NCBI GenBank assembly: GCA_963764165.1
Contig: CAVXRD010000002.1
Span: forward strand, 2,912,001-2,976,000
Length of the DNA: 64,000 nucleotides
From: an uncultured Verrucomicrobiae bacterium
GTDB lineage: Bacteria > Verrucomicrobiota > Verrucomicrobiia > Limisphaerales > Palsa-1400
Direction of reading: 5' to 3'
Shown: positions 20,101 to 29,328 of the stretch, piece after piece
Layout of the letters: each line of letters starts with the position of its first letter
Numbering within the stretch: position 1 is the first letter of the stretch
The notes under the pieces: generated by a model
Database searches by the model: none
The model's input: the letters and a program-made list of their open reading frames with translations, nothing else
Told to the model about the DNA's origin: nothing
Position numbers and translations under genes: made by a program

Positions 20101-22071
20101 TGCCCGGACTCGGATTTTGCGGACATCGTTTATTTGACTTCGCCAAAAATCGCCATGGCGAACGGACCTTCGCAATTGCGATTCCGCCAGAGTTTCAATT
20201 TGGAGGACACTTACGACGGAGGCATTTTGCAGATCAGCATTGCGGGCCAGCCTTTTAAAGAGATTGAAGCCGCCGGTGGCACGTTCGAGCAGGGCAGTTA
20301 TGTCGAGGCGCTCAGCCAGCAAGGCGACTCAGGATGCGCCACGGAGCTGCACGATGCGAAAGCCTGGAGCGGCGACTCGGATGGATTCGAATCGGTCGTG
20401 ATTCATCTGCCCGTCGCCGCAGAGGGAAAATCCGTCCAGTTTCGCTGGGTTTGCGGCACCGATTGCCAAAATGCCGACCTCATCGGCATCGGGGGATGGT
20501 GGATCGATGACATCGCCATCACCCAAACCAACTGGAACTGCTGCGGTTCGTCCGCGCTTTCAGGTGTGCCGATTCCAATGATTACGTTCCCGCTGGTCGA
20601 CTTTGCCACGAATAACCCGTCCATCACCGTCACAGGCACAGGCGTGGCGAAGGCCGCCGTTTCCATTTACGACGGCGGAACGCTCGTCGGCAAAAAGACG
20701 GTGGGCGCAACAGGCAACTTCAGCATTCCCATCAAGCTCGGAATTGGCGCGCATGCGCTGACGGCGCTGGAAACTTCCAACGGCATCAGCAGCGAGGCCA
20801 CGGCGCCGATCACCGTGACCATGAACCTTGCCCCAGCGATTACAGCCCAGCCGCAAGACATCCTCGGCTTTCCCAAAGAGACGGTGAAGTTCACCGCCAG
20901 CGCGGCGGGATTTCTGCCCTTGCATTACGATTGGCAGAAGAACGGCGTCTCCGTGCCCGGCGGAAGCTCCTCCAATTTGACGCTCGCCAATCTCACCTCC
21001 GGCAGCGAGGGAGATTATCAGCTCGTTGTCAATAACAGCTACGGCTCGGCCACCAGCTCCGTGGCGGCGTTGACGCTGGAAGCGAACCCTTTTGCGGGGC
21101 TGGCGGGCACGTATTGCGGATTATTTGCCGAGACCAGCGCGCAATTCGACAGTTCGGGATTTTTGAAGTTGACACTCACCTCCCTTGGAACTTTCAGCGG
21201 AACGATTCTGAATGCGGGCGCCATGTATAATTTCTCCGGCGCATTTTCAACGGCAGGCCAGGCGCAATTAACGCTGAAATCATTGAGCGCAACGCTGAAT
21301 CTTGACTTGACAGGCGCTTCGAATCAAATCACCGGAACCGTGTCGGGTTCAACTTGGACGGCATCCTTGCAAGCGGATCTGGCAGTGTTTTCCAAGGCCA
21401 GCCCCGCGCCGGAGGCGGGGAAATTCACCTTTGCGCTTTCGAATTCCAGCGACGGCGCGGCCAGCCCGGGCGGGGAGGGTTTCGGGACGCTCACTGTGGC
21501 CAGCACGGGACTCATTTCCATGAGCGGCAACCTTGCGGACAACACCAGCGTCACGCCGGCGGGGGCCAGCGTGTCCAAGTATGGCCAGTGGCCGCTCTAT
21601 ATTCCGCTTTATGGGAAACTCGGCTCGCTGTCGGGCTGGGTGAACTTTGGCACAACCAGCAGCTTCGCCGGCCAGGCCAGTTGGTTCCGCGTCGGCCCGG
21701 ATGGCAAGCTCTACAAATCCGGATTCACCAACAGCGTGGATGTCCTCGGATCTTCCTTCGTGGCAGGCAAGGCTGGCAATCCGGTTTTGGCCGCGACAAA
21801 TTACACCTTGACTCTCAGCGGCGGCGGATTGGCCGCAGACCGGACGGTTGGGCTGACGCTGACAAGCGCGGGAAAATTTCTCACCAACACTGGCAATGAT
21901 CTAAAATTGACCCTGTCACTTTCGCCGTCCACCGGCGTCCTGACGGGATCATTTGTCGACCCGCAAACGCATGTGAAGGTGGCAATCAAAGGCGTGATTT
22001 TGCAGCAGCAAAATTCCGCCGCCGGGTTTTTCGTCAGCACCAACGCAACAGGAACGGTCTTGATCCAGTAA
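17128..22071 (+). CDS. Large secreted subtilisin-like S8 peptidase with Ig-like and accessory domains
   Basis: Signal peptide; triad VSDSGID, GHGN, GTSHSTP; oxyanion FAAGN; RKKPDLVAPG; VTLAWTD/NDLDL/DNVE domain; Ig domain PAITAQPQ...YDWQKNG...YQLVVNNSYG. Confidence 0.9.
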   Translation: MKKFYLTLASALCFCALAPWTGGEPASPTNSPARHKVQITDLRLAPQVTRAGARLIADYGSYQLYDAPADLPSLPAESAELRDEYNLIHLNAGELDTTASDVKAMSKTIGPFSGKRMHLVQFAGPVRPQWRKELLDAGVEIITYIPNNAYLVYGEAADLARVQGWAASAPHVQWEGAYQDEFRIHPMARPETARSDQFAIQLVADAAANAKTLQLIDQLKLAPVSRNRHVLNYVNLVVHLTPADVTKIAAMPDVVSIQPYETPRKFDERQDQIAAGNLSGSAPSGPGYLAWLASKGFTQAQFTASGLVVDVSDSGIDNGTTSPNHFGLYAEGIMGGGNSRVVYTRLEGTPNPGSTLEGCDGHGNINAHIVGGYDNSNNPGSRLVFEDKDGYHYGLGACPFVSLGSSVIFDPTNWTEPSFENLLSQAYENGVRISNNSWGDQDDGDCPAVTGGAYNIDSQEYDALVRDSQPGGALYPAAGNQEMTIVFAAGNNGQCGAKSVSAPATGKNVIAVGAADSVQLFGGSNGGADLGGVTDGMAKSANDIVNFSGRGPCADGRKKPDLVAPGTHISGGAPQSSDPGATGAGLDCFLANTEYTVGVDGGPNGSFFFPVDGQQFYTASSGTSHSTPCVAGGCALVWQYFLNQNLPAPSPAMAKAWLMNSARYLDGSLAKDSLWSATQGMGEMNLGTAFDGTPRILRDEDTGDLFTASGQSRSFAGAVADAAKPFRVTLAWTDAPGNTIGAAYNNDLDLTVAVGGKTYKGNVFAGANSTTGGSADIRDNVESVFLPAGASGKFTVTVTATSINSLAVPGAAGVVNQDFALVVYNAGQTPVLASGGAQLMTESCQPTNGVADPGETVTMNLTLQNAGTAGTTNLMATLLAGSTVSSPSGAQSYGVISPGGSAAMPFSFTASGNCGETATAALQLQDGSASLGTVTYNFPLGQLVIATNFAENFDEATAPSLPDGWGTSDLHSRASWTTEAGIDFSAPNAVYCPDSDFADIVYLTSPKIAMANGPSQLRFRQSFNLEDTYDGGILQISIAGQPFKEIEAAGGTFEQGSYVEALSQQGDSGCATELHDAKAWSGDSDGFESVVIHLPVAAEGKSVQFRWVCGTDCQNADLIGIGGWWIDDIAITQTNWNCCGSSALSGVPIPMITFPLVDFATNNPSITVTGTGVAKAAVSIYDGGTLVGKKTVGATGNFSIPIKLGIGAHALTALETSNGISSEATAPITVTMNLAPAITAQPQDILGFPKETVKFTASAAGFLPLHYDWQKNGVSVPGGSSSNLTLANLTSGSEGDYQLVVNNSYGSATSSVAALTLEANPFAGLAGTYCGLFAETSAQFDSSGFLKLTLTSLGTFSGTILNAGAMYNFSGAFSTAGQAQLTLKSLSATLNLDLTGASNQITGTVSGSTWTASLQADLAVFSKASPAPEAGKFTFALSNSSDGAASPGGEGFGTLTVASTGLISMSGNLADNTSVTPAGASVSKYGQWPLYIPLYGKLGSLSGWVNFGTTSSFAGQASWFRVGPDGKLYKSGFTNSVDVLGSSFVAGKAGNPVLAATNYTLTLSGGGLAADRTVGLTLTSAGKFLTNTGNDLKLTLSLSPSTGVLTGSFVDPQTHVKVAIKGVILQQQNSAAGFFVSTNATGTVLIQ

Positions 22072-22231
22072 TCCTTCCTATACCCCTGTAAGGACTATTC
22101 GTCCTATAAAAAGCGCCCCGGTTGCGGGAACCTCCCCGCCGGGCTAACTTACACAGTCCGCCCAAGATTGCGGAATTGTAATGCCACCGAAAGTGCCGCG
22201 TAATGCGGTCAGACGAGACTGGTGAAGTGAA

Positions 22232-24397
22232 ATGAAGTGGAAGGTAAAATCAATCATGCGTTTTAGAAGCAGGGCCGCCCGGGCGCTGGGAGGCGTGGCA
22301 TTGACAATCGCGCTATGCGTTTCCGGCGCGCATCTCATCGCCGAAAACAGCGCCGATGAAGCGGAAATCACGCGCGCCACCGCCAGCTTGCTGGAGCACT
22401 CTCAGTTCTCCCAGAACCCCCTTGATGACCGGCTTTCGGGCAAGTTTCTAAGCCTCTACATGGATTCGCTCGACGGATCGCGCGTGGTTTTTCTCGAATC
22501 GGACGCCAGCGAATTTTCGGCCCTCAGCACCGATCTGGCCAGACGCATCTCTAAAAAAGGCGACACCAAGGCCTGCCACCAGATATTCGCGCGCTATCTC
22601 CAGCGTCTCGGCGAGGAAGTGAATTACGAAACGAATTATTTGCGCGCCGGAAATTTTGATTTCACCGGCCATGACACGTGGCAGCCCGACCGTCACGACG
22701 CGCTCCCGCCCCGCGACCTCGCGGCGGCGAAGGCGCTCTGGCGCGAGCAGGTGCGGGAGGATTATCTGCGCGAGCATCTGGCGGGAACCCCGCGCGAGAA
22801 AATCATTTCGACGCTCATGCATCGCTACGAGCGCCAATTGCAAACCATGCAGCACATGAGCTCCAGCGACGTGCTAGAGGTATATCTCAATGCGCTGGCC
22901 CACGTTTACGATCCGCATTCGGATTATTTCGGCAAAGAGGAATCGGAGAATTTCAAAATTGAAATGAACCTGTCGTTGGTCGGCATCGGCGCCACGCTGC
23001 AAAGCAAGGATGGCGTGTGCGTCGTCTCCGATCTGGTTCCGGGAGGCCCCGCTGACAAAAGCGGCCAGATGAAGCCCGGCGACCGCATCGTGGCGGTGGG
23101 GCAGGCGACGGGCGACCCGGTGGATATTGTTGACATGCCTTTGCCGAAGGCGGTCGAATTAGTGCGCGGGGCCAAAGGCTCGACGGTTCGTTTGACAGTG
23201 ATTCCCGCGGGCGCGGGCGATTCCGCGCGAAAGGTCATCACGCTGGTGCGCGACCAGATCAATCTGGCGGATGAACATGCCAAGGCGACCATTCTCGATT
23301 TGCCGCAGCCGGGGGCGCAGCCGATGCGGATCGGCGTGATTGATTTGCCGTCGTTTTACGAAAAGGATGGGGACAAGAACAACGGCGTCTCCGCTGACAC
23401 CGCCCGCCTTATCAAGCGCCTCAAAAAGGAAAATGTGCGGGGGTTGATCCTGGATTTGCGCCGCAACGGCGGTGGCTCGCTCGATGAAGCGGTGCGGTTG
23501 GCTGGCCTTTTCATTCCATCGGGTCCCGTTGTGCAAACGCGCGGGCCGGATGGCGACGCGGACATCGACGTCTCGCCAAATTCCAAACCGCTCTACACCG
23601 GGCCATTGATAGTATTGACGAGCCGGATGAGCGCTTCGGCTTCGGAAATTGTCGCGGGCGCTTTGCAGGATTATGGCCGCGGGCTGATCGTGGGCGACAC
23701 GTCCACCTTCGGAAAAGGGACGGTGCAGACGGTTGTGCCCCTCGGGCATTTCTTCCATCGCCGCGGCATGGGCGAGGTGAAAGTGACCATCCGCAAATTT
23801 TACCGGCCCAGCGGCGCGTCGACCCAATTGAAGGGCGTCGCGTCCAACATCATTCTGCCCTCGACCACGGATTTGCCGGAAATCAGCGAAGGCAAATTGC
23901 CCAATGCGCTGCCGTGGGATTTGATGCCACCGACGTCATTCACCAATCTCGATTTGGTCGTCCCAGTGCTCGCGGAGGTTGCCGAGAAATCGCGCGCCCG
24001 CGTCGCCGCCAATCCGGCCTTCGGCCTTATGCGCAAGGAAGCCGCGCTCATCGCCAAGGATGAAGGCACCAACGCGCTGGTCTTGAACGAGGCGGATCGT
24101 CTTCGCGAAAAAAACCAGCTCGACGATCTCGAGGCGAAATTAAAGAAGACGATTGAAGTTGAGTTTTCCAACGCCCCGCCGAGTTTCGAGCTGACGCTCG
24201 CCACGGTGGACGCGCCGAAATTGCAGCCCGTTGCCAAAACCCGCGCCAGCAAGAGCGTCGACAAAGAGGACGGCGACCTCGAACTGCGCGAGACAGAGTA
24301 TATTCTAGTTGACTACATTCGCGCGCTGGCGTCCCGGCCCGGAGGCGTGATGGTGGCGGGAGCGCATTCCGCGAAAACCCGCAGCTACGGCGAATGA
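22232..24397 (+). CDS. prc: Carboxy-terminal processing (tail-specific) protease, S41
   Basis: YDPHSDYF, PDZ GIGATL, LDLRRNGGGSL, SASASEI, TFGKGTVQ. Confidence 0.9.
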   Translation: MKWKVKSIMRFRSRAARALGGVALTIALCVSGAHLIAENSADEAEITRATASLLEHSQFSQNPLDDRLSGKFLSLYMDSLDGSRVVFLESDASEFSALSTDLARRISKKGDTKACHQIFARYLQRLGEEVNYETNYLRAGNFDFTGHDTWQPDRHDALPPRDLAAAKALWREQVREDYLREHLAGTPREKIISTLMHRYERQLQTMQHMSSSDVLEVYLNALAHVYDPHSDYFGKEESENFKIEMNLSLVGIGATLQSKDGVCVVSDLVPGGPADKSGQMKPGDRIVAVGQATGDPVDIVDMPLPKAVELVRGAKGSTVRLTVIPAGAGDSARKVITLVRDQINLADEHAKATILDLPQPGAQPMRIGVIDLPSFYEKDGDKNNGVSADTARLIKRLKKENVRGLILDLRRNGGGSLDEAVRLAGLFIPSGPVVQTRGPDGDADIDVSPNSKPLYTGPLIVLTSRMSASASEIVAGALQDYGRGLIVGDTSTFGKGTVQTVVPLGHFFHRRGMGEVKVTIRKFYRPSGASTQLKGVASNIILPSTTDLPEISEGKLPNALPWDLMPPTSFTNLDLVVPVLAEVAEKSRARVAANPAFGLMRKEAALIAKDEGTNALVLNEADRLREKNQLDDLEAKLKKTIEVEFSNAPPSFELTLATVDAPKLQPVAKTRASKSVDKEDGDLELRETEYILVDYIRALASRPGGVMVAGAHSAKTRSYGE

Positions 24398-24420
24398 GCG
24401 GGAGCGGAGCCGCGAAGCGA

Positions 24421-24518
24421 GGTAGGGACGCCTCGCCGAGGCGTCCGAGGCTGTGGCGTTTTTCGAAAGCGTTCGGACTTGTGAAACTCCCCGGACGCCT
24501 CGGCGAGGCGTCCCTGCC
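24421..24518. repeat. REP doublet (REPIN-like)
   Basis: Inverted GGTAGGGACGCCTCGCCGAGGCGTCC pair; spacer similar to 50924-51018. Confidence 0.9.
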
Positions 24519-24535
24519 TTTTCGCTTCGCTCAAA

Positions 24536-25834
24536 TCACAACGGCGTGATCGTTATTTCGTGACTGAGCGGCACGAACGCTTTTTCAATGGCCAGAACGA
24601 GCGGGGCGCGGTTCTTCTCGGTTTCGGCAACGGTTTTTTCCATGTTTTCTTTTCCGTCCTTGCCGTGGAACAGAACCTTGATTTGCTTGGTTTCGAATTC
24701 CTGTTTGGCGGCCACCGCTTCATCGACCGCCTTGAACCGAGCCGAGAAGGGATTCACTGCAAAGTCAGCGGCGAGATTGATTCCCTTTTGCAATTGTTCC
24801 GCCGTGTATTCATGGCTTTCGATTTCCCACGTCACGCGATATTTTTTGGCCTTCGTGCCTTTGACTATCAGCATGAGGCGATTCAACTCTTCATTAAACG
24901 GCACCAGCGCCATCCCGGAGCGAAGGCTGTCTGGCTTGTCGATATCGCCGGTGGCGCAGAAAGGGTAACGCGAACTGCGCACCGTCAGCACGCTGCCGTG
25001 GAATGACTGCAATTGATGCCCTTCGGAAACGGAAGCGCGATTATTTGACAAATCAACCGTGTAGGTCCCGATTTCTCCGTGAACTCCGAGGCCTTTGAGA
25101 AACGAGTACGCCATGACGAGGTGCCCCGCCCAACCGGGATGCACCGAGTCTTTTCCTGCGAGCGTATAATTTGGCCCGAAACGATTCACGGCGTGGTATT
25201 GCGCCAGATACATATTCCAAAAAACATCCGCAAAAGGCTCGTGCTGCCTCTCCGCGATGCCGATGTCGATATCGCGCAGCATGCAAAGATTGATGTTCTT
25301 CTCCTTCGGCGTGCCTGTCACAAAATTCCACGTCGGATTGCTCATGCCCATGCACCCCGGCGCGCCCACCACCACCCGCGCGCCGATGGATTCAAACGCC
25401 AGCACAATGTCCGTCATGTTCGATCCGTAAGCCGCGCCAATGCTCGGCTCGTAGGGGCGGTAATGCTGATCGTTCATCCCATAGCAAGTCGTCGCAATCG
25501 TCGGATAAAAGCGCAGGACGTCATTGGTCATCCGATGCAGGAATCCAGAGGCCTGCTCACCGCTCCATCCGTATTGGCGCGTCTTGATGTGCAATTCCGG
25601 CATCGCCACCGTGAGATACGTCTCCATGATGCGCGAATACATCCGCTGCTCGGTGATCGAATCGCCGCAAATGGCCAGGCGATCATTCGGTCGCAACTCG
25701 AGGCCCCGCGACTTCGGCGCGGCAATGAGCGGCAGCCCCTCGAAGTAAGGATCTTTGGGAGTCGAAATGGATTCGGCAAAAAGCGCTCCGCAAAAGCCAA
25801 GGCTGGCAAGGGCGACGGTGATTCGGATGTTCAT
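24536..25834 (-). CDS. Secreted SGNH/GDSL hydrolase
   Basis: Signal peptide, GDSITE, YGMND, DSVHP. Confidence 0.85.
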   Translation of the reverse strand: MNIRITVALASLGFCGALFAESISTPKDPYFEGLPLIAAPKSRGLELRPNDRLAICGDSITEQRMYSRIMETYLTVAMPELHIKTRQYGWSGEQASGFLHRMTNDVLRFYPTIATTCYGMNDQHYRPYEPSIGAAYGSNMTDIVLAFESIGARVVVGAPGCMGMSNPTWNFVTGTPKEKNINLCMLRDIDIGIAERQHEPFADVFWNMYLAQYHAVNRFGPNYTLAGKDSVHPGWAGHLVMAYSFLKGLGVHGEIGTYTVDLSNNRASVSEGHQLQSFHGSVLTVRSSRYPFCATGDIDKPDSLRSGMALVPFNEELNRLMLIVKGTKAKKYRVTWEIESHEYTAEQLQKGINLAADFAVNPFSARFKAVDEAVAAKQEFETKQIKVLFHGKDGKENMEKTVAETEKNRAPLVLAIEKAFVPLSHEITITPL

Positions 25835-25930
25835 GCGGTCGTTTTACGTTACACCCCCAGCGATGGCAACCGGGAAATTCATTTTGCGCCCGTGTAAAAC
25901 GGCGTCGCGTCCAGAAGCTGGGGAAGAAAT

Positions 25931-26030
25931 TAATCTGGAACGCCCGAACTCAGGAAGAGAGGCAGCCGGATTCACGCGCATCGTTGATTTGGATCCGGCC
26001 TGTTTTCCTGATTTCATGAGTTCCAGATTA
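25931..26030. repeat. 100-nt nested imperfect palindrome
   Basis: taatctggaac/gttccagatta (11 bp perfect), tcaggaa/ttcctga and gccggat/atccggc arms. Confidence 0.65.
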
Positions 26031-26149
26031 TTTTGTTTTCCCTTTGCGACTTCGCGCACTCCCGCCCTTGTGTTAAAGTTCGGCTTCATCAGGCATCGTC
26101 CACGCATGGCAAACGATTGCGCGCAGATTAATATATAATCTCCAAAAAG

Positions 26150-26231
26150 CCGCTACACCCGCTACATCGTTGATTATAAGGAGTTTAACCCGCTACAAAA
26201 ATAGCAACAAAGCAGCAACATACCCGCTACA
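26150..26231 (+). repeat. Cluster of GC(T/A)ACA direct repeats
   Basis: ccgctaca x4 (26150, 26159, 26190, 26224) and agcaaca x2 around an AT-rich core. Confidence 0.6.
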
Positions 26232-26369
26232 TTTCGCGCCCCCGGCTTGTTTTCCACTCGTCCGCTTCATTAAAAAAGGAGGATGCACTGGACTTTTTAC
26301 AACAAGGTAACGAAGGCCACGAAGAAATTTTGTCTCACACTTCAACAGTCAATCCCAGCCATCATCTGC

Positions 26370-26397
26370 TTTACAGGCGCGTTTTGTAAGCTATAAT
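26370..26397 (+). promoter_or_regulatory. Sigma70-like promoter of the FecR array with overlapping palindrome
   Basis: TTTACA-N16-TATAAT about 40 bp upstream of ATG 26439; TTACA-N9-TGTAA inverted repeat. Confidence 0.6.
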
Positions 26398-26438
26398 AAG
26401 GCAAGTCGCCAAAAGCCAAATTTCCCGAATCCAAGAAG

Positions 26439-27080
26439 ATGAAAAGGCATGTTCTGAATGTCTTAGCAGCCGCGGCAGCGGTGCTGTGGATTGCGGGTTG
26501 TTCGTCTGGCCCGTCGACGGATGGAGAAGCCGTCGTTCTGCGCGTCAGAGGCGAGCCCGTTTGCTCGCAAAACGGAGTTTCCAATTTGCTTGCCCGTGGA
26601 ATGAGGCTTCATCCGGGTGAGAAGATTGCGACCGACGCCAATTCGCGTGTTTGGCTGCATGCCAAAGGAATCAAATCCCCGCTGTTGATAGAGCCATCAT
26701 CGAAGGTGGATTACAATGAACTGACAAATGTTTACCCTTCCACTCCGGTCAAGTCGGATATGCGATTAGACCTGAAGCAAGGCGTCGTGCGCGCGAACGT
26801 AAGCGAAGCCGACAAAATTGCCCGTTTCGAGATTGTGACTCCCCTCGGCGTTGCGGCGGTGATGGAGCCCGGGAACCTTGAATTGCAAGTGGAGAATTTG
26901 GGGAAAGATGGGCTACGGACGACTTTTGGCTGCGGGGCTGGAAACGCCTACATAATTGGAGTAGCCGGTTACGGGCCAACGTCCTTAACCCTTCACGGCG
27001 GGCAGCAGCTTGTGTGCTGCGGGATTTCCGGCACGCGGAACTCGGTCGTCGTGAAATCGCCCCCAGCGCGGCAAAAATGA
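26439..27080 (+). CDS. FecR-domain lipoprotein (array copy 1)
   Basis: Lipobox IAGC; G..L.PGE.I.T.ANS.V.L, LDLKQG, FEIVTPLG pattern. Confidence 0.7.
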   Translation: MKRHVLNVLAAAAAVLWIAGCSSGPSTDGEAVVLRVRGEPVCSQNGVSNLLARGMRLHPGEKIATDANSRVWLHAKGIKSPLLIEPSSKVDYNELTNVYPSTPVKSDMRLDLKQGVVRANVSEADKIARFEIVTPLGVAAVMEPGNLELQVENLGKDGLRTTFGCGAGNAYIIGVAGYGPTSLTLHGGQQLVCCGISGTRNSVVVKSPPARQK

Positions 27081-27739
27081 TGAGAACACTTATCATCGCA
27101 TTTTTTGCAGCGGCATTTTGCATTGGATGCTCCTCTCCTTCGCCTACCGGGAAACGCTTGGCCCGGCGAGATGCGGAAGCCGTTGTCCTGCGCTGCACTG
27201 GAAGGCCGATATGCTCGCGGTATGAATCGGAGCACGAAATTACGTACGCGCTCAAACGCGGAATGAAGATCCCCTTGGGGGCGAAGATCATGACCGATGC
27301 CAACTCGCGTGTTTGGCTGAGCATCAACGGCCAACAATCCACCGTGTTGATTGAACCATCCTCGGAGGTCAGGCCCATTTTGGAGAAGGGAACGGGATCG
27401 TGCATGTTGGATGTAAGGGCTGGCGAAATTTCCGTGAAGTTGAAGAAAATCGAGCCGGATGATCGCTTTGAGATTCTAACTCCCAGAGGCGTGGCTGGAA
27501 CCCGCGACGAAGCAAGTTTCCGCTTCAATACTGAGCGGTTAGGGGTATCTAGCTCCGGTCCGTGGCGGGTGACTTTTTCCTGCCAGGCCGGAACCTTATA
27601 TGTGACAAAAAGCGTATCCGTTGCGGGTGTGCAAGATTTCGTAGCCATCCACGCCGGCCAGCAGTACGTCGTCTGCGATATTTCCGGCCGAGAGAAGTCA
27701 GTCGTCGTGGAGTCACCCTCAACTCGTCAAAAATTATGA
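27077..27739 (+). CDS. FecR-domain lipoprotein (array copy 2)
   Basis: CIGC lipobox-like; TDANSRVWL shared with copy 1; FEILTPRGVAG; ATGA overlap. Confidence 0.7.
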   Translation: MMRTLIIAFFAAAFCIGCSSPSPTGKRLARRDAEAVVLRCTGRPICSRYESEHEITYALKRGMKIPLGAKIMTDANSRVWLSINGQQSTVLIEPSSEVRPILEKGTGSCMLDVRAGEISVKLKKIEPDDRFEILTPRGVAGTRDEASFRFNTERLGVSSSGPWRVTFSCQAGTLYVTKSVSVAGVQDFVAIHAGQQYVVCDISGREKSVVVESPSTRQKL

Positions 27740-28521
27740 AAATCCGCATTCTAGATTTCTTCACAATTACAACCGTGGTTTGCTGGGCTGGAGGATGTGC
27801 CTCGTCGCCAACCGGGCAAGCACCCTCCTCAAATACTGAGAAAGCAACCGTTCGATCCGTTCGCGGGGTTGCCCATTATTCGGCAAATGGAGCTTCGAGC
27901 ACGCTTAAACCGGGAATGACCTTGTCTCCCGGGGCGGCCATTCTAACAGGCGAAGATTCTGACGTGTATGCGTCTGTAAATGGAATCACATCGAAAATAA
28001 GAGTCTCGCCGTCTTCCGAATTAGACTTGCAGGAGATGAATTCCGTTGGATCCGGCACGAAGGCGCACAAGGAAACCATTTTGAATTTGAAAAAAGGATC
28101 CATTTTGGGACAAGTGAAAAGCCTTACGAATAACTCCGCCTACGAAATTCGCACGCCAAAGGGCGTCGCCACGATTTACGACGGGGATTTCTCCATAACG
28201 GTCCAACCTTCGGATAACGGCGATATTCATGTGAACTTTGTATGCCTCAGGGGCACGGTTTCAGTGTCGGCTGAAATCAGCGGGCAAACTAAAGCCGTCG
28301 AATTGCGCAATAGCCAGCAATGCGACGTAGGCGCGGAGTTCTCGGCTGTCAAACCTTTCGAGATCCAATTTATTTGCACTTACCCGCCGCCAGGAGGTTT
28401 GATTCCTCCGCTGCTTGCGCCTCTCCCGGTGTTTGCGCCTCCTATCTCGATAATACAGCCCTTCGACGGCAACGGGCCGCCGAGGCAAACGATAGTTTCA
28501 TTGCCCCCAGCGCATCGATAA
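27736..28521 (+). CDS. FecR-domain lipoprotein (array copy 3)
   Basis: AGGC lipobox-like; LNLKKGSILGQVK, YEIRTPKGVA; Pro-rich tail; ATGA overlap. Confidence 0.75.
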   Translation: MKIRILDFFTITTVVCWAGGCASSPTGQAPSSNTEKATVRSVRGVAHYSANGASSTLKPGMTLSPGAAILTGEDSDVYASVNGITSKIRVSPSSELDLQEMNSVGSGTKAHKETILNLKKGSILGQVKSLTNNSAYEIRTPKGVATIYDGDFSITVQPSDNGDIHVNFVCLRGTVSVSAEISGQTKAVELRNSQQCDVGAEFSAVKPFEIQFICTYPPPGGLIPPLLAPLPVFAPPISIIQPFDGNGPPRQTIVSLPPAHR

Positions 28522-28523
28522 AC

Positions 28524-29300
28524 ATGAAAACCCATTTACTACAGTCTTGTTTAGCGGCGTGTGCGATGTGCCTCAGCGCCAGCGCCGAACCGCCAGCAGA
28601 TGCGGCGACGAATTTGGTTGATCGCACCGCCGTTGTCCGCACAGTTAAAGGTGAGGCGCGCCGTGTTCAGAACGGCGCTTCCAAAAGGCTCAAGCCGAAC
28701 GTCGAGATTTCTCCCGGAACGACCGTTCTCACAGGATCCCATTCTGAAGCGTACCTGTCAGTAAACGGCGTAACGTCGGCCATCGCAGTTGATCCCTCGT
28801 CGGACCTAAATTTGATGGAAATGAAAAAGATGGGACGCGGTCCAACGGCTGAATCCGAAACGGTCCTGAATCTGAAGAGCGGATCAATCTTTGGTCAGGT
28901 AAAGAAGATTACGGCAAACTCGAAGTACGAAATTCGGACTCCAAACGGCGTCGCCTCGATTCGCGGAACTGACTTTTATATCGAGGTGGAACCGTCCGCG
29001 AGCGGCACGCCGCATGTTAAGTTTTTTAGTATCGCTGGAACTGTAGTCGTCTCGGCGGCGGTCGAAGGGCAAGTCGAGAGCGTTACACTTCACAGCGGGC
29101 AAGAGTGCGAGACTGACGTTGGACATTTGATGGCAACACAAATCGACACCGCGACGATGGCGAAGCTTAACGAGCGGTGTGTCATAATTTGCGGTGGCCC
29201 GGGTTATCCGCAGCCGATGCCGCCACCACCTCCGCCTCCGATCGTGCAGCCTTTCAACGGCAACGGACCGCCGAGGCAGACCGCATCGTCGCCACATTGA
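28524..29300 (+). CDS. FecR-domain secreted protein (array copy 4)
   Basis: Signal peptide ending ASA; LNLKSGSIFGQVKK, YEIRTPNGVASIRGTDF (canonical FecR motif). Confidence 0.85.
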   Translation: MKTHLLQSCLAACAMCLSASAEPPADAATNLVDRTAVVRTVKGEARRVQNGASKRLKPNVEISPGTTVLTGSHSEAYLSVNGVTSAIAVDPSSDLNLMEMKKMGRGPTAESETVLNLKSGSIFGQVKKITANSKYEIRTPNGVASIRGTDFYIEVEPSASGTPHVKFFSIAGTVVVSAAVEGQVESVTLHSGQECETDVGHLMATQIDTATMAKLNERCVIICGGPGYPQPMPPPPPPPIVQPFNGNGPPRQTASSPH

Positions 29301-29328
29301 ATAATTCATAAACCCAGTCGATATCAAA

